From NCBI GenBank assembly GCA_023254095.1, contig JALNLM010000004.1, positions 41,359-105,358 of the forward strand: a stretch of 64,000 nt of DNA. Direction: 5' to 3'. This stretch comes from Candidatus Geocrenenecus huangii. Lineage in GTDB: Archaea > Thermoproteota > Nitrososphaeria_A > Caldarchaeales > Wolframiiraptoraceae. The notes under the pieces were generated by a model, which had not been told where the DNA came from, searched no databases, and saw nothing but the letters and a program-made list of their open reading frames with translations. Shown here one piece after another: positions 50,636-60,948 of this stretch. The translations under genes and the position numbers were made by a program. Positions within the stretch are counted from its first letter, which is position 1. The number at the start of each line of letters is the position of its first letter.

Positions 50636-51442
50636 TCATACTACGGACTCAACTGCATGATGTCTTGAAACTAGTTGTGTCTCCTTCTTTTTCACTAGTT
50701 TGAAGATACTTGCAGAGGCTATCATTCGTTTTAGTAGTTGGATAGATTTTGCAGGATCTATTCCCTTCGGGCAAACACTACTACATGCTACTGCGAAGTG
50801 GCATCTCCAACATCCATGTTCTGAATCTATGATGGGTAATCTATGGTGAAGCCCCATATCTCTTGAATCAGCGGAAAACCTAAAAGCTTTATTCAGTATC
50901 ATCGGAGTTAGGAATAGAGAGTCGGTTGAATATGTAGGACATGCTGAAGAACATAAGCCGCATTCTATGCAATCAGCAAACTGTAGATATTCTAGTAATT
51001 CTTCAGGCTTCTGTAAATACATTCCCGTAGGATTAAGCATTTCTAGAGTATCATCTCTAATTATGTACGGTTTAACCATCTTCTCTTTGTTAAATAAATC
51101 AGAAAAATCTGTTATAAGGTCTCGGACTATTGGATAATTATTGAGTGGTTCAACAACCACTACTCTCGTGTTCAATTCTAAAACTCTTGTAAAGCATGCA
51201 AGCCTCTGTTTGCCGTTAATCATCATACCGCATGAACCACATATAGCCTGTCTGCAAGAATATCTAACCGCTAGAGATGGGTCTTGTTCTTCTTTAATTT
51301 TTAGGAGAGCATCTAACACTGTTGAGCCTCTGTCTACTTCTACTTCATAGATCTTCCACTTCGGAGAGGTGTCTATGCTCGGATTAAACCTGAACACTTT
51401 AAATTGAACCTTTCTTAATTCACTCATCCTCTTCACCACCAC
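50636..51442 (-). CDS. sdhB: Succinate dehydrogenase/fumarate reductase Fe-S subunit
   Basis: SCRQAICGSC, CIECGLCSSACP, RCH...CSSVCP. Confidence 0.95.
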   Translation of the reverse strand: MVVKRMSELRKVQFKVFRFNPSIDTSPKWKIYEVEVDRGSTVLDALLKIKEEQDPSLAVRYSCRQAICGSCGMMINGKQRLACFTRVLELNTRVVVVEPLNNYPIVRDLITDFSDLFNKEKMVKPYIIRDDTLEMLNPTGMYLQKPEELLEYLQFADCIECGLCSSACPTYSTDSLFLTPMILNKAFRFSADSRDMGLHHRLPIIDSEHGCWRCHFAVACSSVCPKGIDPAKSIQLLKRMIASASIFKLVKKKETQLVSRHHAVESVV

Positions 51443-51756
51443 TTAAATAACACTAGTAGGAAATATAGTCCAGAGATGAAGAAGACCACCCCTATAATGA
51501 ATAGTGTCGTTGAGATAATCTTCCCGCTACTTGATCCTGGAAACAACTCTACTAATATTACTCTTAGACCATTCATTGAATGGTAGAGTACTGCGGCCAA
51601 GAATATTCCAAGGCTCATAGGATACCATACCGTTTCTTTAATCCATTTGAGGGATACTAGGTTATTAGATATCAGATGGATGGCCCCTGTTACTAGTATG
51701 AGGAATCCTGTAACGTAGTGTATAAGCATCTTAGTTGATTCCTTCATTCCTACCAC
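51433..51756 (-). CDS. sdhD: Succinate dehydrogenase membrane anchor
   Basis: Three TM helices, YHSMNGLR heme-ligand motif; operon position. Confidence 0.8.
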   Translation of the reverse strand: MVGMKESTKMLIHYVTGFLILVTGAIHLISNNLVSLKWIKETVWYPMSLGIFLAAVLYHSMNGLRVILVELFPGSSSGKIISTTLFIIGVVFFISGLYFLLVLFKWW

Positions 51757-52178
51757 CCCAAGAGGTTTAATGCAACCATTATCCAGAAGTACAGTAAGAC
51801 TATGAATGCTGCCAAGACTAAATATAATGCTAACCTCTGTGCTCCGCTTAACGAGGTCATCTTATATGGGTATACGGCTCTCTCGGGCTTACCTACTATG
51901 AACCCGTATTCGGCCAGTACGAGTCTTATACCGTTAAATGTATGGAACACAACTATTATTCCAAGTATGATTAGGACTGATTTCCCTATCAATCCCGGCG
52001 GCTCCCACAGTATTCCAGTAGTAGCATAGATTAATCCGACATTCAGTATATGCGAAAGAAGAAACACTATTATCCCAACTCCTGAAATCCTCTGTGCAAC
52101 ATACATCAATTTCTCTATCGAGTATCCTCTAATCTTTAACCATCCAAGAATACCTTGCTTATTCTCTTTCCTACTCAT
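51750..52178 (-). CDS. sdhC: Succinate dehydrogenase cytochrome b subunit
   Basis: QRISG, SHI, FHTFNGIR. Confidence 0.82.
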   Translation of the reverse strand: MSRKENKQGILGWLKIRGYSIEKLMYVAQRISGVGIIVFLLSHILNVGLIYATTGILWEPPGLIGKSVLIILGIIVVFHTFNGIRLVLAEYGFIVGKPERAVYPYKMTSLSGAQRLALYLVLAAFIVLLYFWIMVALNLLGW

Positions 52179-52194
52179 TTTCTCCTCCCCCTCA

Positions 52195-53910
52195 TTAGTA
52201 TTTTCTTTCTTTTGGTTCCCATCTAGTAATCTTTACTGGGATGTACTCTAGCGTAGGTCCTTCAGGTGTTCTATATGCTAAAGTATGTTTAAGCCAGTTG
52301 GCATCGTCCCTCTTAGGGTAGTCTAGACGGTAGTGTGCCCCTCTACTCTCGGTTCTCGCAAGAGCTGAGACGAGAACAACCTCTGCTACTTCAAGCATAG
52401 CGTCTAGCTCCAATACGTTGATAAGATTCTGGTTGAATTCTTTACTCTTATCAGCCACATTACCTTTGCCGAACCTTTTTCTAAGCTCTCTTATCTTCCT
52501 TAACCCCTCTTCCAGGCTTTTTCCATCTCTGAAAACGTATGCATGCTGGGTCATCGCGCTCTGCATCTCCCTCCTAATCAAGTATGGGTCATCTCCAAAC
52601 CCACTCTTCAATATTTCATCAAATATTCTTTTTTCTTCTTTTTCTGCCTGAGCTGTGGGTATGCTCCCGCTGTTACTCTTCTTTAGAACATATTCTGCCG
52701 CATTCTTGCCTGTTATATAGCCATATACTAGGCAGTCTGTTGTTGAATTGCATCCAAGCCTATTAGCCCCATGTATGCTTACACAGTTTACTTCTCCAGC
52801 GGCCCACAAGCCTTTGACGGGTGTTTGACCATTTATATCTACGTGGACGCCGCCCATAGTGTAGTGAGCCACAGGTCTAACTGGGAGAGGTTCATTAACA
52901 GGATTTATTCCAGCAAATTTCATGCCTATCATTTTTATCTCTGTAAGCTTCTCGTTTATGACTTCCTCACCTAGATGTGTTAAGTCTAGGTGGACGTAAT
53001 CTAAACCATTCGGCCCCTCAAAGCCTCTGCCCTCCATTATCTCTCTCATCATCGCTCTTGAAACTATATCTCTTGGAGCCAGCTCCATCCTCTCCGGAGC
53101 ATACTTGGACATAAATCTCTCACCCTCCTTATTTCTTAAGTATCCTCCTTCACCTCTGGCAGCCTCTGAAATAAGTATGCCTGAAGGGACCAGACCCGTT
53201 GGATGAAACTGTATAAACTCCATATCTTTTAACGGTATACCCACTCTATACGCCATGCACATACCTTCAGCTGTAGCTGAGTGCCCATAAGTCGTAAAGG
53301 AGTACAATCTGCCCGCCCCGCCTGTCGACAGTACTCCTGCTTTTGCTTGGAAGACGTAGAGATCTCCGCTTTTCATCTCCAAGGCTGTGAATCCCCTAAA
53401 CTCGTTATCTTCAACGAGTATCGAGGTTACAAACCATTCATGATAGAATGTTATATTATCATATTTAAGACATGTATTGTATAGTGTCTGCATGGCGTGG
53501 AGCCCAGTCTTATCGGAAGCGTAACATGCTCTATCGAAGCTATGTCCTCCGAAGGGTCTCTGATCAATCCTACCATCCAATCTTCTACTCCAGGGCATCC
53601 CCCAATGTTCTAACCTAAGAATCTCTCTTGGAGCGAGCCTTACAAATAACTCTACAACATCTTGGTCTGCCAGATAGTCTGAACCCTTAACGGTATCGAA
53701 TGCGTGTAGGTCGAAACTATCGCCCTCCTCAGGATAGATGACTGCGGCGGTACCTCCAGCATATGCAACTGAGTGGCTCCTCATCGCATGGACCTTACTT
53801 AAAACAGCTACCTGGATCTTTGGGTCAGTGCTTGCTGCTTCTATAGCGGCTCTAAGACCAGCCAGTCCCGATCCCACAATAACGATATCGGTACTTATCC
53901 TATCTATCAA
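52195..53910 (-). CDS. sdhA: Succinate dehydrogenase/fumarate reductase flavoprotein
   Basis: GSGLAG, RSHS, QFHPT, SEAARGEGG, RDIVSR, HYTMGG, HGANRLG. Confidence 0.95.
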   Translation of the reverse strand: MIDRISTDIVIVGSGLAGLRAAIEAASTDPKIQVAVLSKVHAMRSHSVAYAGGTAAVIYPEEGDSFDLHAFDTVKGSDYLADQDVVELFVRLAPREILRLEHWGMPWSRRLDGRIDQRPFGGHSFDRACYASDKTGLHAMQTLYNTCLKYDNITFYHEWFVTSILVEDNEFRGFTALEMKSGDLYVFQAKAGVLSTGGAGRLYSFTTYGHSATAEGMCMAYRVGIPLKDMEFIQFHPTGLVPSGILISEAARGEGGYLRNKEGERFMSKYAPERMELAPRDIVSRAMMREIMEGRGFEGPNGLDYVHLDLTHLGEEVINEKLTEIKMIGMKFAGINPVNEPLPVRPVAHYTMGGVHVDINGQTPVKGLWAAGEVNCVSIHGANRLGCNSTTDCLVYGYITGKNAAEYVLKKSNSGSIPTAQAEKEEKRIFDEILKSGFGDDPYLIRREMQSAMTQHAYVFRDGKSLEEGLRKIRELRKRFGKGNVADKSKEFNQNLINVLELDAMLEVAEVVLVSALARTESRGAHYRLDYPKRDDANWLKHTLAYRTPEGPTLEYIPVKITRWEPKERKY

Positions 53911-53970
53911 TATAGACTCACATAAGTAGTCGCTTGACTGGAATATATAATTCTTTTCATAGAATAACTA

Positions 53971-54420
53971 TTATGAGGAATTGAGAGAAGCAATCATCTT
54001 ATGCCTGGTCTTTTTTCCTAGTTCTAGAGATTTGCTAATCCTCTTGATTAGGTTTATAGGTTTTAGGTCTCTCATGTTAAAGAGGTGAGATCTACACCTA
54101 CAATCTGAAGCTCCGAATCTACTGATACTCTCTGAGCCAATATCTTCTATGAATCTCGCTAATCTACATTCATATTTCTTGGGTAAAGGATATGCTACCG
54201 CATAGAGAACTTTAACCTTACATGAAGAAGCTAGATAATCTATATGCCATCTCATCATCTTCCTCTTCTCGAAGTGTCTCCTAATCCTGGCTTCCACATT
54301 ATTCTGTGCCGAACCTACATATACATACAAGCCTGCTGGAAAACTAATTAAACCTATTGATCCCACCTTGATATTAACTTCTTCAAGCACCTCTAAGAAT
54401 AAGAGGTAAACCCCCTTCAC
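53971..54420 (-). CDS. GIY-YIG/DUF123 family nuclease-like protein
   Basis: KGVY.L, YVYVGSA, RI.RH, WHIDYL, FGASDC.C.SHL; GTG at 54420 preferred. Confidence 0.85.
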   Translation of the reverse strand: MKGVYLLFLEVLEEVNIKVGSIGLISFPAGLYVYVGSAQNNVEARIRRHFEKRKMMRWHIDYLASSCKVKVLYAVAYPLPKKYECRLARFIEDIGSESISRFGASDCRCRSHLFNMRDLKPINLIKRISKSLELGKKTRHKMIASLNSS

Positions 54421-54497
54421 TAGAAGGTAGAATGGAATAGAGAACATATATTCTTTCCTAGACGGTCTCCCCAGAAAATATATAAGAGAATTAACAC

Positions 54498-54980
54498 ATG
54501 ATAGTAAGAAAGATAATGCTTGGCACAAGGAATTTAGAAGAATATATGGAGAAGAATAAGATTAGAGGAGAGATAATCCATCTTAGACCTAGTGAAGCGA
54601 GGACATCTATTAGTGCGGCGAGAGCTGTCGGGTGTAGTCTCGGTCAGATAGCGAAGAACATTCTACTCGTCGGCGAGAAGAATAAGATTTTAGTCATAAC
54701 TTCAGGTGATAAGAAGGTAAATTTGAAAAAGGTCTCAGAGATCTTTGGAGGAAGATTCAGACTTGCGACTCCAAGAGAAATTTTAGAAGAAACTGGATAT
54801 GGTGTTGGCGGAGTCCCTCCCTTCGGACACATAAAGGAAATAAAGACCATAATCGATCCTTCGATTAAAAGATACAGTTTCGTCTACACGTCTGGCGGGT
54901 CTGAAGATACTTTGATGAAGATAGATGTAGATGAACTGATAAGAGCATGTAATGGAGAAATACTAAGCGTTTCTGAATAA
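54498..54980 (+). CDS. YbaK/ProX aminoacyl-tRNA deacylase
   Basis: QIAKNIL, TGY.VGGVPPFG, SGGS. Confidence 0.9.
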   Translation: MIVRKIMLGTRNLEEYMEKNKIRGEIIHLRPSEARTSISAARAVGCSLGQIAKNILLVGEKNKILVITSGDKKVNLKKVSEIFGGRFRLATPREILEETGYGVGGVPPFGHIKEIKTIIDPSIKRYSFVYTSGGSEDTLMKIDVDELIRACNGEILSVSE

Positions 54981-55091
54981 GGCATGATAGGCAAGCCATA
55001 CATCGGATATACATCCTTATTGATAGAAAATTGAGATGTAGTAATCGAGATAAAGATTTAACTCAGAGAAAACCAATTATCTTTTTAGAGG

Positions 55092-56168
55092 GTGATGATA
55101 GAAGTATCAGGTAGGCCTGCACGATTGTACCGTACTTCTCAAGATGGCAGATTGATCTGTACAGCATGTGCACGTTATTGTAGGCTTAAGAATGGTCAAA
55201 TAGGGTTCTGCGGTATAAGGAGCAACATCAATGGGACATTGTATCTCCTGGTCTACGGTAAGATAATATCTGCGCATGTAGACCCTATAGAGAAGAAGCC
55301 GGTTACACACTATTCTCCGGGGACGAAGATATTCTCAATAGCTACAACTGGGTGCTCGTGGATGTGCCAGTACTGTCTAAACTTTGATATAAGTCAAAGA
55401 AGGAAAGTCGAGGGGGTAGATGTAACCCCTGATAAAATAGTTAAGATGGCTAAGAAGTATGGTAGCCACGGTATAGCGTACACATACAATGAGCCGTCTA
55501 TCTATATGGAGTTCGCTCACGACATCGGCGTCATAGCTAGAAGAGAAGGATTGATAAACGTGTTCGTTACGAATGGTTACTGGCCCGACGGTGTAAATGA
55601 GGCGAAAGATTTCCTAGACGCAGCAACGGTAGACTTCAAAGGCAATGGAGAAGTAGAATTTTTGAGAAAATACGTAGGAATACCAGATCCAGAACCTATA
55701 TTCCAGACCTTGCTTGAACTCAAGAATAAAACAAAAGTCCACATAGAGATTACAGACCTAGTGGTACCGAAGATTGGGGATAGTCTTGAAGCAGCAAAGA
55801 AGCTAGCAGAATGGGTGTACGAAAACCTGGGACCGGATACGCCTATACATTTTCTGAGATTCCATCCAGACTATAGACTACTACATCTTCCATTAACTCC
55901 TGTTGAGGTCCTGGAAAAGCATTACAAAATAGCTAGAGAGGCAGGGTTGAGATATGTGTACGTCGGTAACGTCCCTGGTCATCCATACGAGAATACGTAT
56001 TGTCCAGAATGTGGGAAGATAGTTGTCGAGAGGAGGGGATTCGATATTCTCGGATGGTATCTAGATGAAGAAAATAGATGCAGATTCTGTAAATACAGAA
56101 TAGCGATACATGGTAAGCCTCCACCAGACTATAGAACATCTAGGTTTATACCAGTCTTCTTTGAATAA
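55092..56168 (+). CDS. AmmeMemoRadiSam-type radical SAM enzyme (PFL-activase-like)
   Basis: CTACARYC...[40 protein letters not shown]. Confidence 0.88.
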   Translation: MMIEVSGRPARLYRTSQDGRLICTACARYCRLKNGQIGFCGIRSNINGTLYLLVYGKIISAHVDPIEKKPVTHYSPGTKIFSIATTGCSWMCQYCLNFDISQRRKVEGVDVTPDKIVKMAKKYGSHGIAYTYNEPSIYMEFAHDIGVIARREGLINVFVTNGYWPDGVNEAKDFLDAATVDFKGNGEVEFLRKYVGIPDPEPIFQTLLELKNKTKVHIEITDLVVPKIGDSLEAAKKLAEWVYENLGPDTPIHFLRFHPDYRLLHLPLTPVEVLEKHYKIAREAGLRYVYVGNVPGHPYENTYCPECGKIVVERRGFDILGWYLDEENRCRFCKYRIAIHGKPPPDYRTSRFIPVFFE

Positions 56169-56238
56169 GGTAAACGACAGCTGGGGGCCACTGGGGAGAA
56201 TATTCGTATCGAGTAGGCCACATTATCATAGGTGGAGA

Positions 56239-57417
56239 CTACTTTGAATCTAGCCCCCAGGTCAAGCTGCTTGAACCGTATCCTAATAAGTTTAGGTTAG
56301 CTGCATTTACGTGTTTCAAATGTTTTCTCGCTGCTTCTAAGCATTTATGGAATTGCCTCTCAGGTGTTACTGGGAGATCTCTCATCATGAAGTCTGGGTG
56401 GAATATTAGTAGACAGTACGGGATTTCGGGGTCGAGGCTTGCAATAAATTCTGCTATCATCTCAACTTCTCTCTCATCAACATAGTATGGAACTAAGAGT
56501 GTTGTAGCCGTTAGGATGGGTATGCTCTTCCTCTTATCATAGAATTTTTTATAGACTAGTTCAAAGTTCCTAAGTGTCTGGTCATTATCTCTACCTGCTA
56601 GAGCTTTATGGATCGCGGGCGTATATGCTTTCAAATCGAATTTTATGTTTCCACCAGTTTCAAAAGTTATCTCACCCACCCTTCTGACCAGGGAAGGGTT
56701 TCCACTCCCATTCCATTCAAAACATATCCTCAAGATCCTACTTGATTGTTTCTCCTCAATTATTCTCCTAGAGGATTCTATGGCGAAGGGGAGTTGAGGT
56801 TCAGGAGAACCTCCGAACCAGCACCAGCAAGTAATCCTGCTATTCTTTAAACTCACATCAACGATCTCGTCTACCGTCGTCTTCTCAACCCCCTTCAAGA
56901 ATTTGTGATTCCAGTTCTGGCAGAACAAACAATCAAAACTACATCCATATAAGAATAATGCAAGATTGTAGTATCCTATCTCTGCAGTGTTTCTTACTGC
57001 ATACTTTGGGTAGCCGCATCCAGTCCCAGCAGGACAGAACCATGAAGCACAGCAGTTCGTAACGTGGGGGTCAAGGTAATAGTGGAGCAGGGCAGTTCTA
57101 TTATCCACCCTTTGTATAAGCTTACCAAGCTTATTCATTCTTAAACCACAATATCCCTTCTCCCCTTCACCCATGATACAATTATTTGCACATAGCTTAC
57201 ACTCGATCCCTCCTCTTGTTCTAGGAGGCTCGGGTGGTAGACCATACTTCAATCTGACCTCGCCATGCTTCAACATAACGTATGAAAGAGATTCCTCAGG
57301 TCTGTTTCTCAGACAATCTACACATACTCCTATCGAGTCAGAGATAAATCTAGACTTCACTTTACATATAGCGCATTCTTTTTCCACCATTGACTTATAA
57401 CCAAGATTGTAAAGCAT
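56239..57417 (-). CDS. Radical SAM protein (PFL-activase-like, Cys-rich N-terminus)
   Basis: C..C.N.C...GYCGLR, DPH.TNCC..WFCP, GCSFDCLFCQNW, FHP.F. Confidence 0.85.
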   Translation of the reverse strand: MLYNLGYKSMVEKECAICKVKSRFISDSIGVCVDCLRNRPEESLSYVMLKHGEVRLKYGLPPEPPRTRGGIECKLCANNCIMGEGEKGYCGLRMNKLGKLIQRVDNRTALLHYYLDPHVTNCCASWFCPAGTGCGYPKYAVRNTAEIGYYNLALFLYGCSFDCLFCQNWNHKFLKGVEKTTVDEIVDVSLKNSRITCWCWFGGSPEPQLPFAIESSRRIIEEKQSSRILRICFEWNGSGNPSLVRRVGEITFETGGNIKFDLKAYTPAIHKALAGRDNDQTLRNFELVYKKFYDKRKSIPILTATTLLVPYYVDEREVEMIAEFIASLDPEIPYCLLIFHPDFMMRDLPVTPERQFHKCLEAARKHLKHVNAANLNLLGYGSSSLTWGLDSK

Positions 57418-57550
57418 ATCTCTACGTTATAGATAATTGGAAAAGCAATATATTTGTATAGACTCTAATAAATGTATGAAAATCATCTATCCATATAGTT
57501 TTAAGCATTAGCATCTAACACATAAATATATTAGATGTTCTGGTGGAAGT

Positions 57551-58942
57551 CTATAATTTATATTCTTCGTGGATGGCTCTCACTGCTTCGTATCCATCCT
57601 CTTCTCTTACTACGAATGATATGTTTAGTTCAGATGAGCCCTGAGCGATCATTCTAATGTTTATGCCCTTCTTCGCTACGGCTCCGAAGACCCTGCTCGC
57701 TACTCCAGGCGTCCCCTTCATCCCTTCTCCAACGACTGCGATCACGTTTACATCATCTTCAGATTCTATGTCTTCAACTAATCCTGTTCCCAGAAGGGCG
57801 GTTTCAAGCTTGTTTAAAGCTTTAGTCAACACATCTCTCTTGATCACTATGGATACACTGGATTCCGAAACACTCTGAGATATCATCATGACATTTATGT
57901 TTTCTCTAGCAAGTGTTTCAAGTATCTTCGCTACTGTCCCCGGTCTACCAACCATGCTTGCACCCCTCACGCTAATCATGGCAGCATCCTTAACGAGCAA
58001 CACAGCCTTAACGATCATATCGCTCTTCTCAGGTTTAAGGGATATCAAAGTTCCTTGATGAGAAGGGTTAAACGTATTCCTAATCCTAACCTTCATGTTA
58101 GACTTCATGGCAGGTTCAAGAGCTCTTGGGTGAAGTCCTTTTGCGCCGAAGATCGCCATTTCGATCGCTTCGTTAAAAGATACTGTGGATAGAACTTTAG
58201 CATCCTTAACTATACGAGGATCGGCTGTCATTAATCCATCTACGTCACTCCAAAGCCATACCTCGTCTGCGTCGAGGCAGTATCCAAGTATCGTCGCAGT
58301 ATAGTCGCTTCCACCTCTACCTAAAGTTGTTATAACTCCTTCCTCATTCACTGCGATGTATCCTGTTATAATGGGGGTTATCCCTCTATCAAGGAGTGAC
58401 CCAACCCTTCTCTTAACCTCAAGCTTGCTGATCTCCATTAGCGGGCTAGCTTCTCCAAAATTAGAATCAGTTATTATCCCAGCATCCCCTCCATCCAAGT
58501 ACTTACAGGTGGTTCCCAGTTCCGTCAAAGCTCCCCACATGATCCTCGTAGATAATCTCTCTCCGAAGGAGACAACGTAATCTCTTGATCGAGGTGTGGC
58601 CTCTCTTAGATAGAGTATGCTTAGAACGGCTCTCCTCAAATCCTCAATCAATTCCTTAACGATGCTTTTCACATCATTTTTTATTAACTCGTCATTCAAA
58701 GCGTCATCTACCGCTCTATAATGCTTATCGGATAAGTTACTCAATGTAATCTCTACGTCTCTTACTCTACCTCTCGAAGCCTTATCTATGAGTGCAAACA
58801 AAGTGTCTGTTACACCTGCCATAGCCGAGCATACAACTATGACTTCATTATTCTCCAAATATTCTTTAACGAGTTTTGCAGCATTCTTTATTCTTCCACC
58901 ATCTCCAAGAGATGTTCCTCCAAACTTCATTACGAGCCTCAT
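57551..58942 (-). CDS. lysC: Aspartate kinase with ACT domains
   Basis: MKFGGTS, SAMAGVTD, TLGRGGSDYTA, DVDG.MTADPR, QGSSE. Confidence 0.96.
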   Translation of the reverse strand: MRLVMKFGGTSLGDGGRIKNAAKLVKEYLENNEVIVVCSAMAGVTDTLFALIDKASRGRVRDVEITLSNLSDKHYRAVDDALNDELIKNDVKSIVKELIEDLRRAVLSILYLREATPRSRDYVVSFGERLSTRIMWGALTELGTTCKYLDGGDAGIITDSNFGEASPLMEISKLEVKRRVGSLLDRGITPIITGYIAVNEEGVITTLGRGGSDYTATILGYCLDADEVWLWSDVDGLMTADPRIVKDAKVLSTVSFNEAIEMAIFGAKGLHPRALEPAMKSNMKVRIRNTFNPSHQGTLISLKPEKSDMIVKAVLLVKDAAMISVRGASMVGRPGTVAKILETLARENINVMMISQSVSESSVSIVIKRDVLTKALNKLETALLGTGLVEDIESEDDVNVIAVVGEGMKGTPGVASRVFGAVAKKGINIRMIAQGSSELNISFVVREEDGYEAVRAIHEEYKL

Positions 58943-59962
58943 CTATATCTTCACCTCTATGAGCTTTTTCTTAATCTCTATCAAATCTCTCAGGATCGCT
59001 GTGGCGGTTTCTCTTCCTCCCGCACCTCTTCCAAGAATCACGTGTACGCCGGAATTCATGGTAGTAAAGGAGACAGCATTCATTGAATATCTTATAGCAA
59101 GAGGGTCTTCTCTCCTAATTCTAGTAGGTTTAACTTCCAATCCACTATCTACCCTACCTATCAATCTGTATGTTTCTCCATCTCGGATAGCTTCGTTTAT
59201 TTCTTTTCTGCTTAATTTTTCTATTCCTTTTATACTGACGTTGATTAACGTTGCTTTAATTCCTAAAATCTCGTTTGCAAGTATCACTAGCTTGGCCGCC
59301 GTGTCGAGCCCTTTAATGTCCAAACTCGGGTCTTTCTCTGCGTAGCCTTTCTCTTTCGCTTCACGTAGAGCTACATCGAATTCTAGACCATCCTCCATTC
59401 TAGAAATAATATAGTTTGTTGTCCCATTTAACACTCCTTCTATCTTGACTATCTTGTCTCCTCTAGCACATTGTCTCGCAAACTCTATCACCGGTAGCCC
59501 ACCACCTACCGACCCACTAAATTTTAGAATAACATCTTTGTGTTGTGCAAGTTCTTTCAGTGCAGGAAGCGCCAACGCTAGTGGCCCCTTATTAACGGTA
59601 ACAACATGAAGCCTCGATACTAAAGCTTTCCTAATGTACGTATAGCTTGGCTCACCGTCAATTAAATTTGTTGGAGTTGCATCTACTAGAACATCTATGT
59701 CTAACTCATCTAGCAAGTCTAGCACGTTTACTCCCGGTCTACCGTACTCGGCATGTAATGAGATAGAACCATTCCTCTTCTTTGTCTTTATCATTTCTTC
59801 GAGGTTGAGACCCTTCTCATATACTGCTGCTCCTCCACTATCAACTATTCCTACAATACGTATGTTTAACCCTTCTTCTCTTCTATATCTCTCAGAGTTC
59901 TCTAATAGTATCTCTGCAAGACTTCTACCTACGATCCCAAATCCTGCTAGAAGTATCCTCAG
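58943..59962 (-). CDS. hom: Homoserine dehydrogenase (apparent CTG start)
   Basis: Frame extends upstream of the track's ATG to LRILLAGFGIVG (Rossmann motif); VT.NKGP, GSVGGGLP, LNGTTNYI, GYAE.DP..DI.G.D.AAK. Confidence 0.92.
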   Translation of the reverse strand: MRILLAGFGIVGRSLAEILLENSERYRREEGLNIRIVGIVDSGGAAVYEKGLNLEEMIKTKKRNGSISLHAEYGRPGVNVLDLLDELDIDVLVDATPTNLIDGEPSYTYIRKALVSRLHVVTVNKGPLALALPALKELAQHKDVILKFSGSVGGGLPVIEFARQCARGDKIVKIEGVLNGTTNYIISRMEDGLEFDVALREAKEKGYAEKDPSLDIKGLDTAAKLVILANEILGIKATLINVSIKGIEKLSRKEINEAIRDGETYRLIGRVDSGLEVKPTRIRREDPLAIRYSMNAVSFTTMNSGVHVILGRGAGGRETATAILRDLIEIKKKLIEVKI

Positions 59963-60141
59963 CCTCCGGCACCTCCGTACATAGATTGTTTACTATTCGA
60001 GGGCGTCGTAGAGAAAAGATTAGATCTAGGTTTGATAACCCCCTCTCATTACACCTTCAGTATCTTACGATTAGCATCTGTATTTAAGTATTTCTATGAG
60101 GCAACATTCTTTTTATACGAATAGATAGAATAACTCAAAGA

Positions 60142-60948
60142 ATGTTCGAAGATGTATTGTTAAGTTTTCTATCAGGAGTTATTCAAGGGGTTACTGAATG
60201 GCTTCCGATAAGCAGTAAGACTATGTTGTTCTTCTTATTCCATCTATGGGGGATATCTACACAGGATTCATACATGCTTAGCTTGATGCTTAACGGGTCC
60301 ACGATAGCGGCGGCCTCCATTTACTTTAGAAAAGAATTAGTAAGATTACTGGGTTTATCAAGAAAAGCCGACTCGAATCTCAGCCTACTCATGTTTTTGG
60401 TAGTCTCAACGTTTGTTACTGGAGTATTAGGAGTGATCCTTCATAGATTCTCACTCAGCTTTATAACGGAGTTAAGTTCAAGCGGTCTACTCATTTTCAT
60501 AGGATGTATGCTGTTCGTATCTGCCTTGGTAAATTGGTTGAGGATGAAAATGAATCCCATCGAGAAGACTATGAATGATGTAAACTTAAGGGATGCATTT
60601 ATTACAGGGGTAGCGCAATCCTTCTCCGTCCTACCCGGTATCAGTAGAAGTGGCGTAACAATACTAGTTCTCGTTATTAGGAGATACAATGTTAAAGATT
60701 CCTTAACGATCTCATACTTAATGAGTATACCTGTAACACTGGGTGGAAGCATTTATGCTTACATAACTTACCCAAAAGTCTTCCAGATGCTGGATGTTTA
60801 TGAAGCCTTATTCTCGGTGATTGTAGCGACAATAGTCTCGTTAGCTATGATATCCATATTGCTTAGATTATCTCAAAAACTTAAACCACACCTATTCTTA
60901 TCAACGTTATCCATCATAACTATTCTCTCAGGACTCCTCTTCCGCTAA
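60142..60948 (+). CDS. uppP: Undecaprenyl-diphosphate phosphatase (UppP/BacA) family
   Basis: QGVTEWLPISS, G.AQ...LPGISRSG.T. Confidence 0.9.
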   Translation: MFEDVLLSFLSGVIQGVTEWLPISSKTMLFFLFHLWGISTQDSYMLSLMLNGSTIAAASIYFRKELVRLLGLSRKADSNLSLLMFLVVSTFVTGVLGVILHRFSLSFITELSSSGLLIFIGCMLFVSALVNWLRMKMNPIEKTMNDVNLRDAFITGVAQSFSVLPGISRSGVTILVLVIRRYNVKDSLTISYLMSIPVTLGGSIYAYITYPKVFQMLDVYEALFSVIVATIVSLAMISILLRLSQKLKPHLFLSTLSIITILSGLLFR

